Of a stretch of 64,000 nt of DNA, positions 1 to 12,690 are shown in pieces (the first letter of the stretch is position 1; every line of letters starts with the position of its first letter). The notes beneath the pieces are model-generated. The model was not told the DNA's origin. It did not search any database and saw nothing but the letters and a program-made list of their open reading frames with translations. Source of the stretch: Mobula hypostoma (Eukaryota); the NCBI RefSeq assembly GCF_963921235.1, contig NC_086097.1:254140001-254204000 (forward strand). The letters run 5' to 3'. The translations under genes were made by a program, and so were the position numbers.

Positions 1-630
1 TTTTTCCTTCCACAGTGAATGACCTTGCATTTACCAACATTGTACTCCATCTGCCAGACCCTTGCCCACTCACTTAACCTATCTATATCTTTCTGCAGAC
101 TCTCCATATCTTCTGCACAATTTGCTTTTCCACTCAAACTTACCCCCAACTCTATGCATTCTTATCTTATGGGTAAGTCTTTTTGTGGCACCTTATTGAA
201 CACCTTCTGGAAATTCAAGTAAATAACATCTATCTGTTCCCCTCTATCCACTGCGCTTGTTATATCTCAAAGAACTCCAGTAAGTTTGTCAAACAGGACC
301 TGCCTTTGCTGAACTCATGCTGTGTCTGCCTGATGGATCCATTTCTTTCCAGATGCCTCATTATTTCTTCTTTAATAATAGCTTCAAGCATTTTCACAAC
401 TTCTGATGTTAAATTAACTGGCCTATAGTTACCTGCCTTTTGCCTACACACTCACCATCCTCTCAGTGAAGAAAATCCCCCTCACACATTTCACTTTTCA
501 CCCTTAACCCATGACCTCTAGTTCTACTCTCACCCAACCTCAGTGGAAAAAGTCCGCTTGCATTTACCTCAGCTATACCCTTCATAATTTTGTATACCTC
601 TATCAATTCCCTCTTCATTTTACTACACTC
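1..630 (-). mobile_element. Decayed CR1 LINE ORF2/3' fragments
   Basis: Minus-strand peptide GNYRPVNLTS...SCLTNLLEFFE, followed by a CR1 3'-coding remnant. Confidence 0.8.
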
Positions 631-931
631 CAGAGAATAATAGGTTAGGAGTTTAAAATTTAGTAAAAGTTGAAATACATTCTAGCAGTACAGTGTGACT
701 TGAGTGTTAATGATGTCATTTGAACTTTGATAGGTCTGCCAAGGTGTCCTGGCTGCCTGCTGTCTTCATGTTTGTTGGGAGTATCTATACCGGTTCCCGG
801 GCACTGTCTAAATTGGTAAGCATCTTTCCTTCTCTTGCCAAGAATAAGAAGTGCGCACCACATTAATGCAATTTACCAATGTTTAAATATAAACTTTAAA
901 TATATATAACATTAATATAATTGATCAATAT

Positions 932-1275
932 GGGTGGCGAGTTGAAGATATGTTTCTCCCAAAGGAGGTGCTTCTCCCTCTAATAGCCGGCAGGTCACCC
1001 TTGGGCAAGGTATAGCACCTTCTTAGCCTGCCGATCAGGGTGGTCGTATGAGCAGCTGGTGCATATCACAAGTCCTGGTTATGCAACCACTGACGCCAGG
1101 CAGACAGTCTCTGAAGAGGTTTGATAGTAGCTGGGTCAGTCGTCTTGTAAAGACACTGCCCAGAAGAAGGCAATGGCAAACCACTTCTGTAGAAATTATC
1201 AAGAACAATTGTGATCATGAGACCATGATTGCCTATGTCATACAACACGACACATAGTGATGATGATGACGATGA
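932..1275 (+). mobile_element. Short non-autonomous retroelement with RTE/BovB-like 3' end and (TGA)n tail
   Basis: Contains GAAGGCAATGGCAAACCACTTC, resembling RTE/BovB 3' ends, and ends in tgatgatgatgacgatga. No coding capacity. Confidence 0.45.
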
Positions 1276-1689
1276 CAGATAATGTAAACGGAAGAGATGC
1301 TGGAAATTCAGAACAACACAACAAAATGCTGGAGGAACTTAGCAGGCCATGCGGCATCTATGGAAATGAATGAACAGTCAATGACGTTAACATACATTAA
1401 CAAATAATGTAGAACAGTTAACTTTGTTTGCCCACAAACAAGTTTGAAGTGCACTCTTATTTAAACAATGGTTGTCAATACTGAAATATATTTTGATCTT
1501 CTGACCAGATTTCAGTGTTAGTGACTGTGATGAAGTGACTGTGTATGTGAGTAATGACCATCAAATTCCCTGAGTATATTCCAGTTCTGGACTTGCCTTT
1601 CTCCCATGAACCCAGAGACAGAGGTTCGGATAGAACCTTGATGGGTCTCGTAAAAATTTTGTTGTTTGGCTGTGGCCTAGCAAAAACCT

Positions 1690-2295
1690 GTTGGATATTG
1701 AAGGGTCTAGATGGAGTGAATGTGGAGAGGATGTTTCCTGTAGTCGGGGAGCGTGGCACCAGAGGGCACAGCCTCAGAAGAGGGTGGTGAATCTGTGGAA
1801 TTCATCGCCGTGGACTGCTGCGAAGGTCAAGTCATTGGGTATATTTAAAGTGGAGGTAGATCGGTTCTTGATTAGTCCAGACATCAAAGGTTACAAGGAG
1901 AAGGCAAGAGAATGGGGTCGAGAGGGATAGTAAATCAGCCATGATGCAGCAGACTCGATGGGTCAAATAGTCTAAATCTGCTCCTTTTGCTTGTGGTCTT
2001 GTGGACTACAGTGACAGATCATGGGTTAAAGGTGAAAGGTGAAACGTTTAAGGGGAACATGAGGAGTAAGTTCTTCACTCAGAGGGTCGTAAGAGTATGG
2101 AATGGGCTGCCAGCACAAATTGTGCATGCAAGCTCGATTTCAACATTTAAGAGAAGTTTGGCTCAGTACGTGGATGGTAGGGGTATGGAGGGCTATGGTC
2201 CAGCAGTAGGTTGATGGGAGTAGGAAGTTTAAATGGATTCAGCATTGACTAGATGGACCAAAAGGACTGTATCTATGCTGTACTTTTCTATGACT
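1690..2295 (+). mobile_element. Two adjacent CR1 3'-end fragments
   Basis: Peptides LKGLDGVNVERMFP..TRGHSL and FFTQRVVRVWNGLP, with CR1-like 3' UTR and tails. Confidence 0.8.
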
Positions 2296-2594
2296 ATAAA
2301 TAATGAGTGAAATTTTTATTTTGTTGTCACTGTTATTAATGCTGCCTATGTAGTCAATAATTGAATTCTCTGTGGTTCTGCAAAGCTTTGATACTTCATG
2401 CAGCTGGCATTCTATCTTTGAACATATTTATTTATTTATTGAGAGGGAGCGTAGAATTATTCAAGCCGCACCAGTCAGCAATCCCCTGATTTAATCATGA
2501 AACAATTTACAATGACCAATTATCCTGCCAACCGGTACATCACAGGAAGACCATACAGATTCTCTATAGGCAACGCTGAGAACTGAACTCAGGT

Positions 2595-3538
2595 CATCAT
2601 CGTAGCTTGTCACACCAGGCAGACAGCCACTCTAGTGTTGTTTGGTTGATGTTGAGCAGGTCAGTGTCAGCTAAATCAGGTGAGAGTGGGCAGTTGCGCA
2701 GAACGTGTTTAACGTTCTGCACCCTTTCACAGGATTCGCTGGTCTTTAAACCCCACTTCACCATATTGTCTCCCGTCCTACAAACTCCCGCTCTCGCTCT
2801 GTTGAGAGTGCACCACTTCCGTCTGTCAAGCAATTCCCCGTCTGACAACATTTGTGTGGGGTCTTGCACTGTATTGTTTGGTGGGGCTCTGGCTTCTGTA
2901 TGTGGCCAGAGGTCAATCCTGTCTATTTGGGTCCGTGCGATAGTTCCTCCACTGTAGCAAAGCTTTTCCTCTATTTTAGGCGGTTGGAAACTGGCACATG
3001 ATGATGTAGTGGGTGTCGTGGATCCGAGTTCTGTTTACCTTTTTCAATTTTTGTTCTAGTGTGTCGTTGGATCTCTGGGGGAGCAATGCCTGCGAGTCTG
3101 TAGATGGTGTTAGTGGGTGTGGGGCGCAGTGTGCCCGTGATTATTCGACAGGCTTCGTTATTTTCTTCGCATGGGCTGATCTGCCCCACACAGGTGCACA
3201 GTATTCTGCAGGTACATAGCAGAGTGCTAGGGCAGTTGATCGAAGTGTGTGAGCATCAGCTCCCCATTTCGTGCCTGCTAATTTTTTCAAGAGAGAGTTG
3301 CGAGAGCCAACTTTCCCTCGGAGTTTTTGGATGTGGGTGGCAAATGAGAGCGTCCTATCCAGTGTCACGTCCAGGTAAATTGGAGTCGGATGGTGTTCGA
3401 GCTCCTTCCCACAGTTTCCGAGCTGCTTCTCAATTCCTCAGGTGGAATGCACACACTTGAGTTTTTGATGGATTTGGGTTCAGAGACCATTTTTCATAAT
3501 ATTGCTTCATTGCTTCAAGGACTGCTGTATGCTGTAGG
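2595..3538 (-). mobile_element. 5'-truncated Vingi/Ingi-like LINE (C-terminal RT/post-RT region) inserted into a tRNA-derived SINE
   Basis: Peptides TLDRTLSF..LKKLAGTKWGADAHTLRSTALALCYVPAEYCAPVW, ACRIITGTLRPTP and a C-terminal C..HVLRNCPL. 8-bp TSD ACTCAGGT at 2587-94 and 3539-46. SINE halves at ~2430-2590 and ~3550-3596. Confidence 0.65.
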
Positions 3539-3596
3539 ACTCAGGTGATCTGTATGGTAAAGTGTTGTGCTAACCGCTACACTGCTATGCAGCCCC

Positions 3597-4290
3597 ATAA
3601 GTTCAAGTTTAATTGTCATCCAGCTGTACGTGAATACCCATGAATACAGCCAAATATTACGCCGGGGCCAAGGTGCAAAACACATTATCAACAGTCATGC
3701 ACAGCACTAGGCACATATAGCACATATAAAATAGCAGTAACATACAATCATACAAAAAATATTTAGCCCAACTCCTGTAACGTGATGGTGCATGGGTGTT
3801 GCCAGCAAGAACAAGCAATTCTCAGCAGTCTGTGGATGAATGTACACGTGCACATTCACAGTCCAGCTTGTCTTCCACTGAACGAACACTGGAGGGCAGC
3901 CCCAACCCAGCTTGGACGCCATGCTACACTGTCTCCGGCATCTCCTCTCCTGTGGACTGCTGCAAATGACAGGTCAGCAGCTTGAGGCTTGGTCCTTGCT
4001 ACAGCCGAGGCCCCTCAGCTCCCCTGTCTGTCTGTCAATAAACAAGGAAACAGACTTGCAGTATTTTCTGTTACTACTGCCCAACACTGTCTTGTGATCA
4101 TAAGAGAAAGATTCAAGGCAATCACTTACAATTAGACTGCACGCACCCTTCGCGGATCAACTCCGATGCCTTCCTGTAGCAGGCAGTAACACAGTCTGCA
4201 ACAAGTCCAGCTCCTCTCCCAACAAGCAGATTGCTGATGGTGTAGAGCTGCAGTACATGAAGTTCTTAATGTCCAGCACTGGATTGTAAA
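3597..4290 (-). mobile_element. Unclassified non-coding repeat with (TTGAAC)-type tail; related pieces at ~12825-12930 and ~57842-58830
   Basis: Shares the string catg..aatacagccaaa..ccaaggtgcaaaaca with 57890-57955. Both start at gttcaagtt. Confidence 0.45.
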
Positions 4291-4719
4291 AGAAGAAGAT
4301 ACTTGGACTTTGCCTCAATGTACAACAGCCGCAGCATTGGCAATTGTGGTGGCAGGAACAGAGATGGTACTTGGGAGGAGAGCACTGTTTGAAATTTCGT
4401 AGATAGTAATAAACTTGGATAAGGCATGATTTTAGTAAAGCATGTAGTACCTTAGTAACACATATAAAAGTTGCTGGTACTAGAACCTTAGTAGTTTCTT
4501 CTAGTGGATCAGTGGGGAGTGACAGATTTAGCTGACGTACACTTTTTATCTTAAACAATAACCATGAATCTCCCACATTTGTTGGACACAAGGATGGAGG
4601 AGACATAGGAGAGGGTTTTAAGAAGACACAACAGATTATCTTTGTGTTCCAAAATAAGCTGAAATCAGTGAAAAGTTGTAGCAAAGGGGGTCAAAGCATT
4701 ACCGTGCGTTCTGACTAAA

Positions 4720-5320
4720 CAGATCATAGACAGATAACGACAGCACAGAAACAGGCCCTTCAGCTCATCTAGTCCATGCCAAACCCTAATTCTATGGAAC
4801 TGCACCTGGACCATAGCCCTCCAGGCCACTCCAAACTTCTCTTAAACCTTAAAATAGAACCTGCATCCACTGGCGGCTCTTTCCACATTCTCACCATCTT
4901 CTGAGTGAAGAAGTTTCCCTTCAATTCCCCTTAAACATTTCAGCTTTCACCCTTAACCCATGACCTTCAAGTTCTAGAGTCACCTAACCTCAGTGGAAAA
5001 AGCCTGCTTCTGTTTACCCTATCTACAAAGCTCATAATTTTGTACACCTCCATCAAATCTCCCCTCATTCTCCTGTGTCCCGGGGAATAAAGTCCTCACC
5101 AATTCAGCCTTTCCTGACAACATCCTTGTAAATTTTCTCTGCACTTTTTCAATCTTATTTACATTGTTCCTGTAGGTATGTGACCAAAACTGCACACAAT
5201 ATTCCAAATTAGGCCTCACCAGCATCTTGTACAGCTTCAACATAACATCACCTCACCTGTACTCAGGACTTCATGAAGGTCAATGCGCCAAAAACTTTCT
5301 TAATGATGCCACTTTCAATG
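4720..5320 (-). mobile_element. CR1 3' fragment
   Basis: MLKLYKMLVRPNLEYCVQFWS...QRKFTRM. Confidence 0.8.
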
Positions 5321-5362
5321 ATGGCCCTGATGTGTTCACTCATTTGCCTTTCTGTTTTCCAG

Positions 5363-5440
5363 CCTATTCCCATTTTCTTTATGCTTCAGAATGCGTCAGA
5401 AGTCACTGCTAACCTAATCCAGAAAATTTCCAAAAAAGAG
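5363..5440 (+). CDS. TMEM241: TMEM241/SLC35D4 internal coding exon (78 nt), PIPIFFMLQNASEVTANLIQKISKKE
   Basis: Acceptor tctgttttccAG at 5361-62 and donor GAG|GTactt. The peptide aligns with the recalled human TMEM241 segment AIPVFLTLHNVAEVIICGYQKCFQKE. Phase 0/0. Confidence 0.88.
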
Positions 5441-5796
5441 GTACTTATTAAAAATAGTAGTATTTTCATTTTTTATTATGCTTTTTCTATCATCAAAGTT
5501 GAAAGTAAATTTTATTAATCAAAGTACGTATATGGTACCATATACAACCCTGAGATTCATTTTCCTGTCGGCATACTCAGCAAACCTATGGAATAGTAAC
5601 TGTAACAGGATCAATGAAAGATCAACCTGAGTGCAGAAGACAATAAATTGTGAAAGTGCAAATATAAATAAATAGCAAAAAATAACGAGAACTTGAAATA
5701 GTGAGATAACGAGTCCTTAAAGTGAGATAATCAGTTGTGGGAACATTTCAATGATGGGGCAAGTGAGTGTAGTTATCGCCTTTTACTCAGGAGCCT

Positions 5797-7822
5797 CAAA
5801 CACGAGGAAATCTGCAGATGCTGGAATTTCAAGCAACACACGTAAAAATTGCTGGTTCAAGCAACACACATAAAACCTGCCTGTCCAGGTAGACCTATTG
5901 TCTCAGATTGCTCCTGCCCCACTGAATTTATTTCTGCATATTTCAACACTGTTTTATCCCCCCCTTGTTCAATCCCTTCCTACCTATGTTTGTGACACTT
6001 CTCACGCTCTGAATTTTTTCGATGATTTTAAGTTCCCTGGCCCCCACCGCTTTATTTTCACCATGGATGTCCAGTCCCTATATACGTCCATCCCCCACCA
6101 GGAAGGTCTCAAAGCTCTCCACTTCTTTTTGGATTCCAGACCTAACCGTTCCCCTCTACCACCACTCTCCTCTGTCTAGTGGAATTAGTCCTTACTCTTA
6201 TCAATTTCTCCTTTCGCTCCTCCTACTTCCTCCAAACTAACGGTGTAGCCATGGGCACCCGTATAGGTCCCAGCTATGCCTGCCTTTTTGTTGGCTTTGT
6301 GGAGCAATCCATGTTCCAAAGCTATACTGGTATTCGTCCCCCACTTTTCCTTCGCTACATCGAAGACTGCATTGACACTGCTTCCTGCACGCATGCTGAG
6401 CTCGTTGACTTCATTAACTTTGCCTCCAACTTTCACCCTGCCCTCAAGCTTACCTGGTCCATGTCCGACACCTCCCTCCCCTTTCTAGATCTTTCTGTCT
6501 CTCTCTCTGGAGACAGCTTATCTACTGATATCTACTATAAGCCTACTGACTCTCACAGCTACCTGGACTATTCCTCTTCCCACCCTGTCAATTGCAAAAA
6601 TGCCATCCACCTTCTCGCAATTCCTCCGTCTCCGCCGCATCTGCTCTTAGGATGAGGCTTTTCATTCCAGGTAGAAGGAGATGTCCTCCTTTTTTAAAGA
6701 AAGGGGCTTCCCTTCCTCCACCATCAACTCTGCTGTCAAACGCATCTCCCCCATTTCACGCACATCTGCTCTCACCCCATCCTCCCGCCACCCCACTAGG
6801 AATAGGGTTCCCCTGATCCTCACCTACCATCCCACCAGCCTCCAGGTCCAACATATAACTTCTCCATAACTTCTGCCACCTCCAACGGGATCCCACCACT
6901 AAGCACATCTTCACTCCTCCCCTCTCTCTGCTTTCTGCACGGATCGCTCCCTACGTGACTCCCTTGTCCATTCATCCCGCCCATCTCTCCCCACTGATCT
7001 CCCTCCTGGCACTTATCTGTGTAAGCGGAACAAGTGCTACACATGCCCTTACACTTCCTCCCTTACCACCATTCAGGGCCCCAGACAGTCCTTCCAGGTG
7101 AGGCGACACTTCACCTGTGAGTCGGCTGGGGTGATGTACTGCATCCGGTGCTCCTGATGTGGCCTTCTATATATTGGCGAGACCTGACGCAGACTGGGAG
7201 ACCGTTTCGCTGAACACCTACGCTCTGTCCGCCAGAGAAAGCAGGATCTCCCAGTGGCCACACATTTTAATTCCACGTCCCATTCCCATTCTGATATGTC
7301 TATCCACAGCCTCCTGTACTGTCAAGATGAAGCCACACTCAGGTTGGAGGAACAACACTTTATATTCCGTCTGGGTAGCCTCCAACCTGATGGCATAAAC
7401 ATCGACTTCTCTAACTTACGTTAATGCCCCACCTCCCCTTCGTATCCCATTCGTTATTTATTTATTATTGTTATTATTATTTTTTTTTCTCTCTCTCCTT
7501 TTTCTCCCTCTGTCCCTCTGACTATACCCCTTGCCCATCCTCTGGGTTTCTCTCCCCCCCCTTGTCTTTCTCCCCGGACCTCCTGTCCCATGATCCTCTC
7601 ATATCGCTTTTGCCAATCAACTTCCCAGCTCTTGGCTCCATCCCTACCCCTCCTGTCTTCTCCTATCATTTCTGATCTCCCCCTCCCCTTCCCACTTTCA
7701 AATCTCTTACTAACTCTTCTTTCAGTTAGTCCTGGCGAAGGGTCTCGACCCGAAACGTCGACTGTACCTCTTCCTATAGATGCTGCCTGGCCTGCTGCGT
7801 TCACCAGCAATTTATATGTGTA
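5797..7822 (+). mobile_element. Penelope-like element (Neptune-type), 5'-truncated and frameshifted: RT + GIY-YIG + 3' pseudo-LTR, with a short inverted pLTR piece at the 5' end
   Basis: RT motifs MDVQSLYTSIPH, GVAMGTRIGPSYACLFVG and LRYIEDC (YIDD mutated). Cys-rich linker CKRNKCYTC, then GVMYC..LLYIGET..GDRFAEH. 5797-5870 is the reverse complement of the pLTR end. Inserted within a Rex/Babar-like 3' remnant. Confidence 0.88.
7728..7763 (+). ncRNA. Minimal type I hammerhead ribozyme in PLE pLTR, core mutated (CUGGCGA)
   Basis: AGTC-CTGGCGA-AGGGTCTCGACCC-GAAACGTC-GACT. Conserved A6 is replaced by G, so it is probably inactive. Confidence 0.6.
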
Positions 7823-8100
7823 TTCAAGAGCCTGATGGTTGAGTGGTAGTAACTATTCTTGAATGTGGTGGTGCGAGTCCTGAGGCTCTTGTACCTTCTA
7901 CCTGATAACAACAGTGAGAAAAGAGCATGTCCTGAGTGCAATATGCACATGTAGAAGTCCCTAATGTAAAGTCTCCTAATGTTAACTCCCCCACTCATAC
8001 CTGGGAATCCCTGGAACATGACTGCACAAAGTAAGGAAAGCACATTAACATTGGTCCATTAATCTAGACCATATGTAAGCCAATGTTTGACAGAGTACAT

Positions 8101-8532
8101 CATCTTCCACCTTGTTTGGACACTGTTGTTCCATTTTCTTCGAACTTGTTCAGACATCCTTGCTCCACGATCTCCCAACCAGTCCGGGTACTCTTGTTCG
8201 ACCATCGCCCTATCTGTCCAGGCACTCTTGCTCTACTGTCTCCCAACCAGTCTGGGTACTCTTGTTCCGCTATCTCACATCCTGTACAGACACTCTTGAT
8301 CAACCATCTCCCAACCTGTCCACACACATTTCTTCCATTATCTCCAAACCTGACCTGACATTCTTGTTCCACCATTTCCCAACGATTCCAGCCCCTTTTG
8401 TTTGACATCTCACAAACTGTCCAGACGCTCTTTGTCCCACCATCTCCCAAGCTGTCCAGGTACTCTTGTTCCACCATCTCCCGACCTGTCCAGACACTCT
8501 AGTTCCACCATCCCCCAACCTGTCCAGACACA
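8101..8532. repeat. Degenerate 34-bp minisatellite, about 12.7 units
   Basis: Consensus catctcccaacctgtccagacactcttgttccac, repeated head-to-tail with substitutions and no spacers. Confidence 0.9.
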
Positions 8533-8534
8533 TT

Positions 8535-9560
8535 TAAGACCAGAAGACCATGGGACATTGGGGCAGATTAGGCCATTCAGCCCATTGAGTCTGCTCCACT
8601 ATTCCATCATGGCTGATCTCAGATCCCACTCAATCCCATACATGTGCCTTCTCGCCATATCCTTTGATGCCCTGTCCAATTACGAAACAATCGTCTTCTG
8701 CCTTAAATATAACCATGCACCCCGGCCTCCGCCGCAGTCTGTGGCAGAGCATTCCACAGATTCAGTACTCTCTGGCTAAAAAAATCCCTCCTTACCTCTG
8801 TTCTAAAAGGTCGCCCCTCAATTTTGAGGCTGTGCCCTCTAGTTCTGGACATCGATATCCCCACCATTGGAAGCATCCTCTCCACATCCACCCTATTTAG
8901 TCCTTTCAACATTTGATAGGTTTCAGTGAGATCCCCTCGCATTCTTCTGAATTCCAATGAGTACAGGCCCAAAGCTACCAAACACTCCTCATCTGTTAAT
9001 CCCTTCATTCCCAGAATCATCCTCGTGAATGTCCTCTGGACTGTCTCAAATTACAGCACACCCTTTTTGCAATATGGACCAAAACTGTTAACAATACTCC
9101 AAGTGCGGCCTAACCAGAGTCTTATAAAGGCTCAGCGTTATCTCCTTGCTTTTATACTCTATTCCTCTTGAAATAAATGCCAACATTGCGTTTGCTTTCT
9201 TTACCAGACTCACCCTGTAAGTTAACCCTCAGGGAATCCTAAACCCTCTGCACCTCTGATGTTTGAACCTTCTCCCCATTTAGATAATAGTCTGCACCAT
9301 TGCTCCTTTTACCAAAATGCATCATCATACATTTCCCAACACTGTATTCCATCTGCCACTTTTTTGCCTATTCTTCCAATTTGTCTAAGTCCTGCTGCAA
9401 TCACATTGCTTCCTCAGCACTACCCACCCCTCCACCTATTTTTGTATCGTCCGCAAACTTTGCCACGATTTCATTATCCAAATCATTGACAAGCTGCTGG
9501 CATCCAACCAGAAAAGACCCCGTTTATTTCCACTCGCTGCCTCCTGCCTGCCAGCCATTC
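8535..9560 (-). mobile_element. CR1 3' half with internal deletions
   Basis: LGLYSLEFRRMRGDLTETY..TRGHSL..FFSQRVLNLWNALP, a KFADD remnant at ~9445-9465, and a CR1 3' UTR. Confidence 0.85.
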
Positions 9561-9567
9561 TGCTATC

Positions 9568-10215
9568 AAAGGTTTCAAAGGTACATTTAATTTCAGAGAA
9601 ATATGTATAATATACATGGTGAAATGCTTTTTCTTCCGCAATCATCCATGAAAACAGAGGAGTGCCCCCAAAGAATGAATTAAATGTTAAACCCCAAAGT
9701 CCCACCCTCAGTTCCCCTCCCTCCCCCTCGTAAGCGGCAGCAAGCAATGATCCTCCCTCCCCCACCAGCAAAAATAAGCATTTGCACTCACCGCTGAGCA
9801 CTCAATCGTGAGCAAAGCAACAGCAAAGACACAGACTTGCAGTACCCCAAAGACTACTTATTTACCCGGTATTCGACATACCACAGGTTCTCTCTCTCCA
9901 TAGTAAGGGAGAAAGAGGTGTCTCCATTTCACAGCGAGAGGGGAGACATAACAAACAACTCATTGGTTTATGATGTCAAAAGTCCGTTGTGTCGCTTCTT
10001 CCGAGCTCTGTGCCCAAAGGTCTCAGGGCTCTGGGCGCACAGCATTAGATCTTCCATCTCCCACGACACACCGATCTGCCCAACACCAACCTTAGATCCG
10101 CCTTAGAGCCACGAGATCTCAGCCCTTCCGAAGGCGAGCTGAGCTCTTAGGTGAAGCCCTTGGCGTGTCGAATAACGGCCAGTCATGAATCCCTGAGAGC
10201 AGGTCCCAATCCCAC
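9568..10215 (-). mobile_element. Unclassified non-coding interspersed repeat with (CTTTGAA)-like tail; second copy at ~62700-62925
   Basis: 9810-10000 aligns by eye with 62732-62923 (agcaaagacacagac..aagggagaa..tttcacagcgag..ggttta.gatgt.aaaagtccgtt). Confidence 0.55.
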
Positions 10216-10239
10216 ATAAAATATCCATGCTAGTATCGT

Positions 10240-10740
10240 AGAACATAGAAATCTACAGCACATTACAGGCCCTTTGGCCCACAGTGTTGTACTGACTATG
10301 TAACCTACTCTAGAAACTGCCTAGAATTTCCCTACCTCATAGCCCTTTATTTTTCTAAACTCCATGTACCTATTCCAAGAGTCTTTTAAAAGACCCTATT
10401 GTATCCGCCTCTTCCACCAATGCTGGCAATGCATTCCATGCACTCACCACTCTCTGTGTGAAAAACATCCCCACTGTACCTGCTTCCAAGCACCTTAAAA
10501 CTGTGCCCTCTCGTGCTAGCCATTTCAGCCCTGGGAAAAAGCCTCTGGCTATCCACACGATCAATGTCCTTCATCATCTTATACACCTCTATCAGGTCAC
10601 CTCTCATCCTCCGCTGCTCCAAAGAGAAAAGGCCAAGTTCACTCAACCTATTCTCATAAGGCACACTCTCCATTTCAGGTGACATCCTTGTAAATCACTG
10701 CACTCTCTCTCTATAGTATCCGCATCCTTCCTGTAGTGCT
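10240..10740 (-). mobile_element. CR1 3' fragment
   Basis: YENRLSELGLFSLEQRRMRGDLIEVYK, plus CR1 3' UTR and tail. Confidence 0.85.
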
Positions 10741-11842
10741 TAGATTAGATTAGATTCAACTTTATTGTCATTGTGCCGAGTACAGATACAAAGCCAATGA
10801 AACGTATTTAGCATCTGACCGGAAATGCAAATAAGACAGAGCAAGCTTGTTACATACACCTGTTAGAGTGCATTCTCCAGTTACCTTATAAGGTAACCGT
10901 AGCCTTCAACCAGGAGCAGATGTCATCAGGTGGTTCCCAACCTTCACCAAGTGTTTCGACCCTTAACCACGACACTCTCCAGTTGGTGGGCTGGCAGTGG
11001 TGGCCAAATCACTGCCCATCTGCTCCTGGCTTTCAGCTTCCCTCCTCTCACCTACTCCAAATCCAACAAGAAGCTCGTTCTGCCTCTTCCCCCATCCTAC
11101 GAGCTGCTTGTTTTTTGCTCCTTTCATCCAGGCCCAAGTCTGAATAGAGGCCAAGTGGCGTCCTTCTGCTCCTAACTAATGTTGTGAATGTATGTGGGGA
11201 GGTTGGATACAATAGGGTCTTCTAACAGACTCTTAGATGGGTACGTGGAGTTTGGAAAAATAGAGGGCCATGCGGTAGGGAAACTCCAGGCAGCTTCTAG
11301 TGTAGGTTACATAGTCAGCACAATATTGTGGGCTGAGATGCCTGCAATGTGCTGTTGACTTTCTATGTTTCTATATGTTTAAAAGTCCTCCCAGTAGAAA
11401 ATGCTATTGGAATATGGAATTTGTGAAATATTTTGTATTTGCACAATTGGTCTTTAGCACATTGGTTGTTTGTTCATCTTGTGTGTAGGTTTTTTGTTCA
11501 TTGATTCTGTTACTGTGAATGTCCGCAAGAAAATGAATCTCAGGGTAGTATACAGTGACATATATGAACTTGGATAATCAATTACCTTTGACCTTTAAAA
11601 GCATTACACCATGTATCTTTGTAAACTGTGTCATTTTGATGGAATGATTTAGGTGAATTCTTGGAAGCAAACATTAAGCAATATTTATTAAAAACAATAA
11701 ATAGTTCTGTAGAAACTGCGTCACCATAGAGACCAGAAGTTAAAAGTGCTTGTCCTCAGTTTGAAGTTCAATCTTTTATGTTTCTACATAAAAGGTTTTC
11801 GATTTGTTGTAATGACAAATTTTCTTTTTTTTTTACACACAG

Positions 11843-11868
11843 AAGCTGCCTTGCACTACAACCAGCAG
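11843..11868 (+). CDS. TMEM241: TMEM241 micro-exon (26 nt), KLPCTTTS(S)
   Basis: Long poly-T tract plus acacAG acceptor, and CAG|GTATGT donor. Phase 0/2 joins the flanking exons in frame. Same length as the recalled human KTSPAKICS segment. Confidence 0.8.
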
Positions 11869-11887
11869 GTATGTTTATTTCTGTATC

Positions 11888-12690
11888 ATAGGGTGTGATG
11901 GTAGCATAGCGGTTGATGTGACGCTATTACCATCAGACATAGGAGCAGGATTAGGCCATCTGGCCCATCGAGTCTGCTTCGCCATTCAATCATGGCTGAT
12001 CTTTTTTTTTTGATCTCATCCTCACCCCAGTTCCCGGCCTTCTCCCTATAACCTTTGATGCCATGACCAGTCAAGAACCTATCAATCTCTGCCCTAAACA
12101 CACTCAATGACCTGGCCTCCACAGCTGCATGAGACAACAAATTTCACAAATTCGCCATCCTTTGGCTAAAGAAATTTCTCTGCATCTCTGCTTTGAAAGG
12201 GTGCCCCTCTACCCTGAGGCTGTGCCCTCTTGTCCTGGGCTGTACTCTGACTAGGCCTTTCAACATTCAAAAGGTTTCAATAAGATCCCCCCCATTCTGA
12301 ATTCCAGTGACTACATCGAACGTTCCTCACATGATAACCCTTTCATTCCTGGGATCATCCTTGTGAACCTCCTCTGGACCCTCTCCAATGCAGCACATCT
12401 TTTCTAAGATGAGGGGCCCAAATCTGTTCATAATATTACAGCTCGGGGCATCAGAGTTCAATCGCGGCGTCTCTGTAAGGGGTTTGTATGTTCTTTCTGT
12501 GAATTGTGTGGGTCTGTTCCGGTTTCTACCCACAGTCCAAAGACATACGGGTCAGTAAGTTAATTGGTCATTGTAAATTGTCCTGCAATTAAGCTGGGGT
12601 TAAATTGATGAGTTGATGAGTTGCTGGGTAGCTGGGTTTGTTGGACCAGAAGGGCCAGTTATACACTGTGTCTAGAAACTTAATTAAAAA
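11888..12690 (+). mobile_element. tRNA-derived SINE (V-SINE/HE1-like) split by an antisense CR1 3' fragment (~11932-12432)
   Basis: A-box-like TAGCATAGCGG head at ~11902. The element resumes at 12436 with B-box GAGTTCAATC, the body cccacagtccaaagac..aattggtcattgtaaattgtcc and an A-rich tail. TATTAC is repeated at both junctions. Confidence 0.65.

Noticed and set aside
4157..4684. 175-aa Cys-rich minus-strand ORF
   Set aside because: No recognisable domain, non-ATG start, and it straddles a repeat boundary. Likely a chance ORF.
8101..8532. CRISPR-like array (34-bp periodic repeat)
   Set aside because: Units are contiguous with no unique spacers, there are no cas genes, and the context is a vertebrate intron. 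It is a minisatellite.
8083..8533. Several 70-125 aa ORFs with repeated peptides
   Set aside because: Translation artefacts of the minisatellite.
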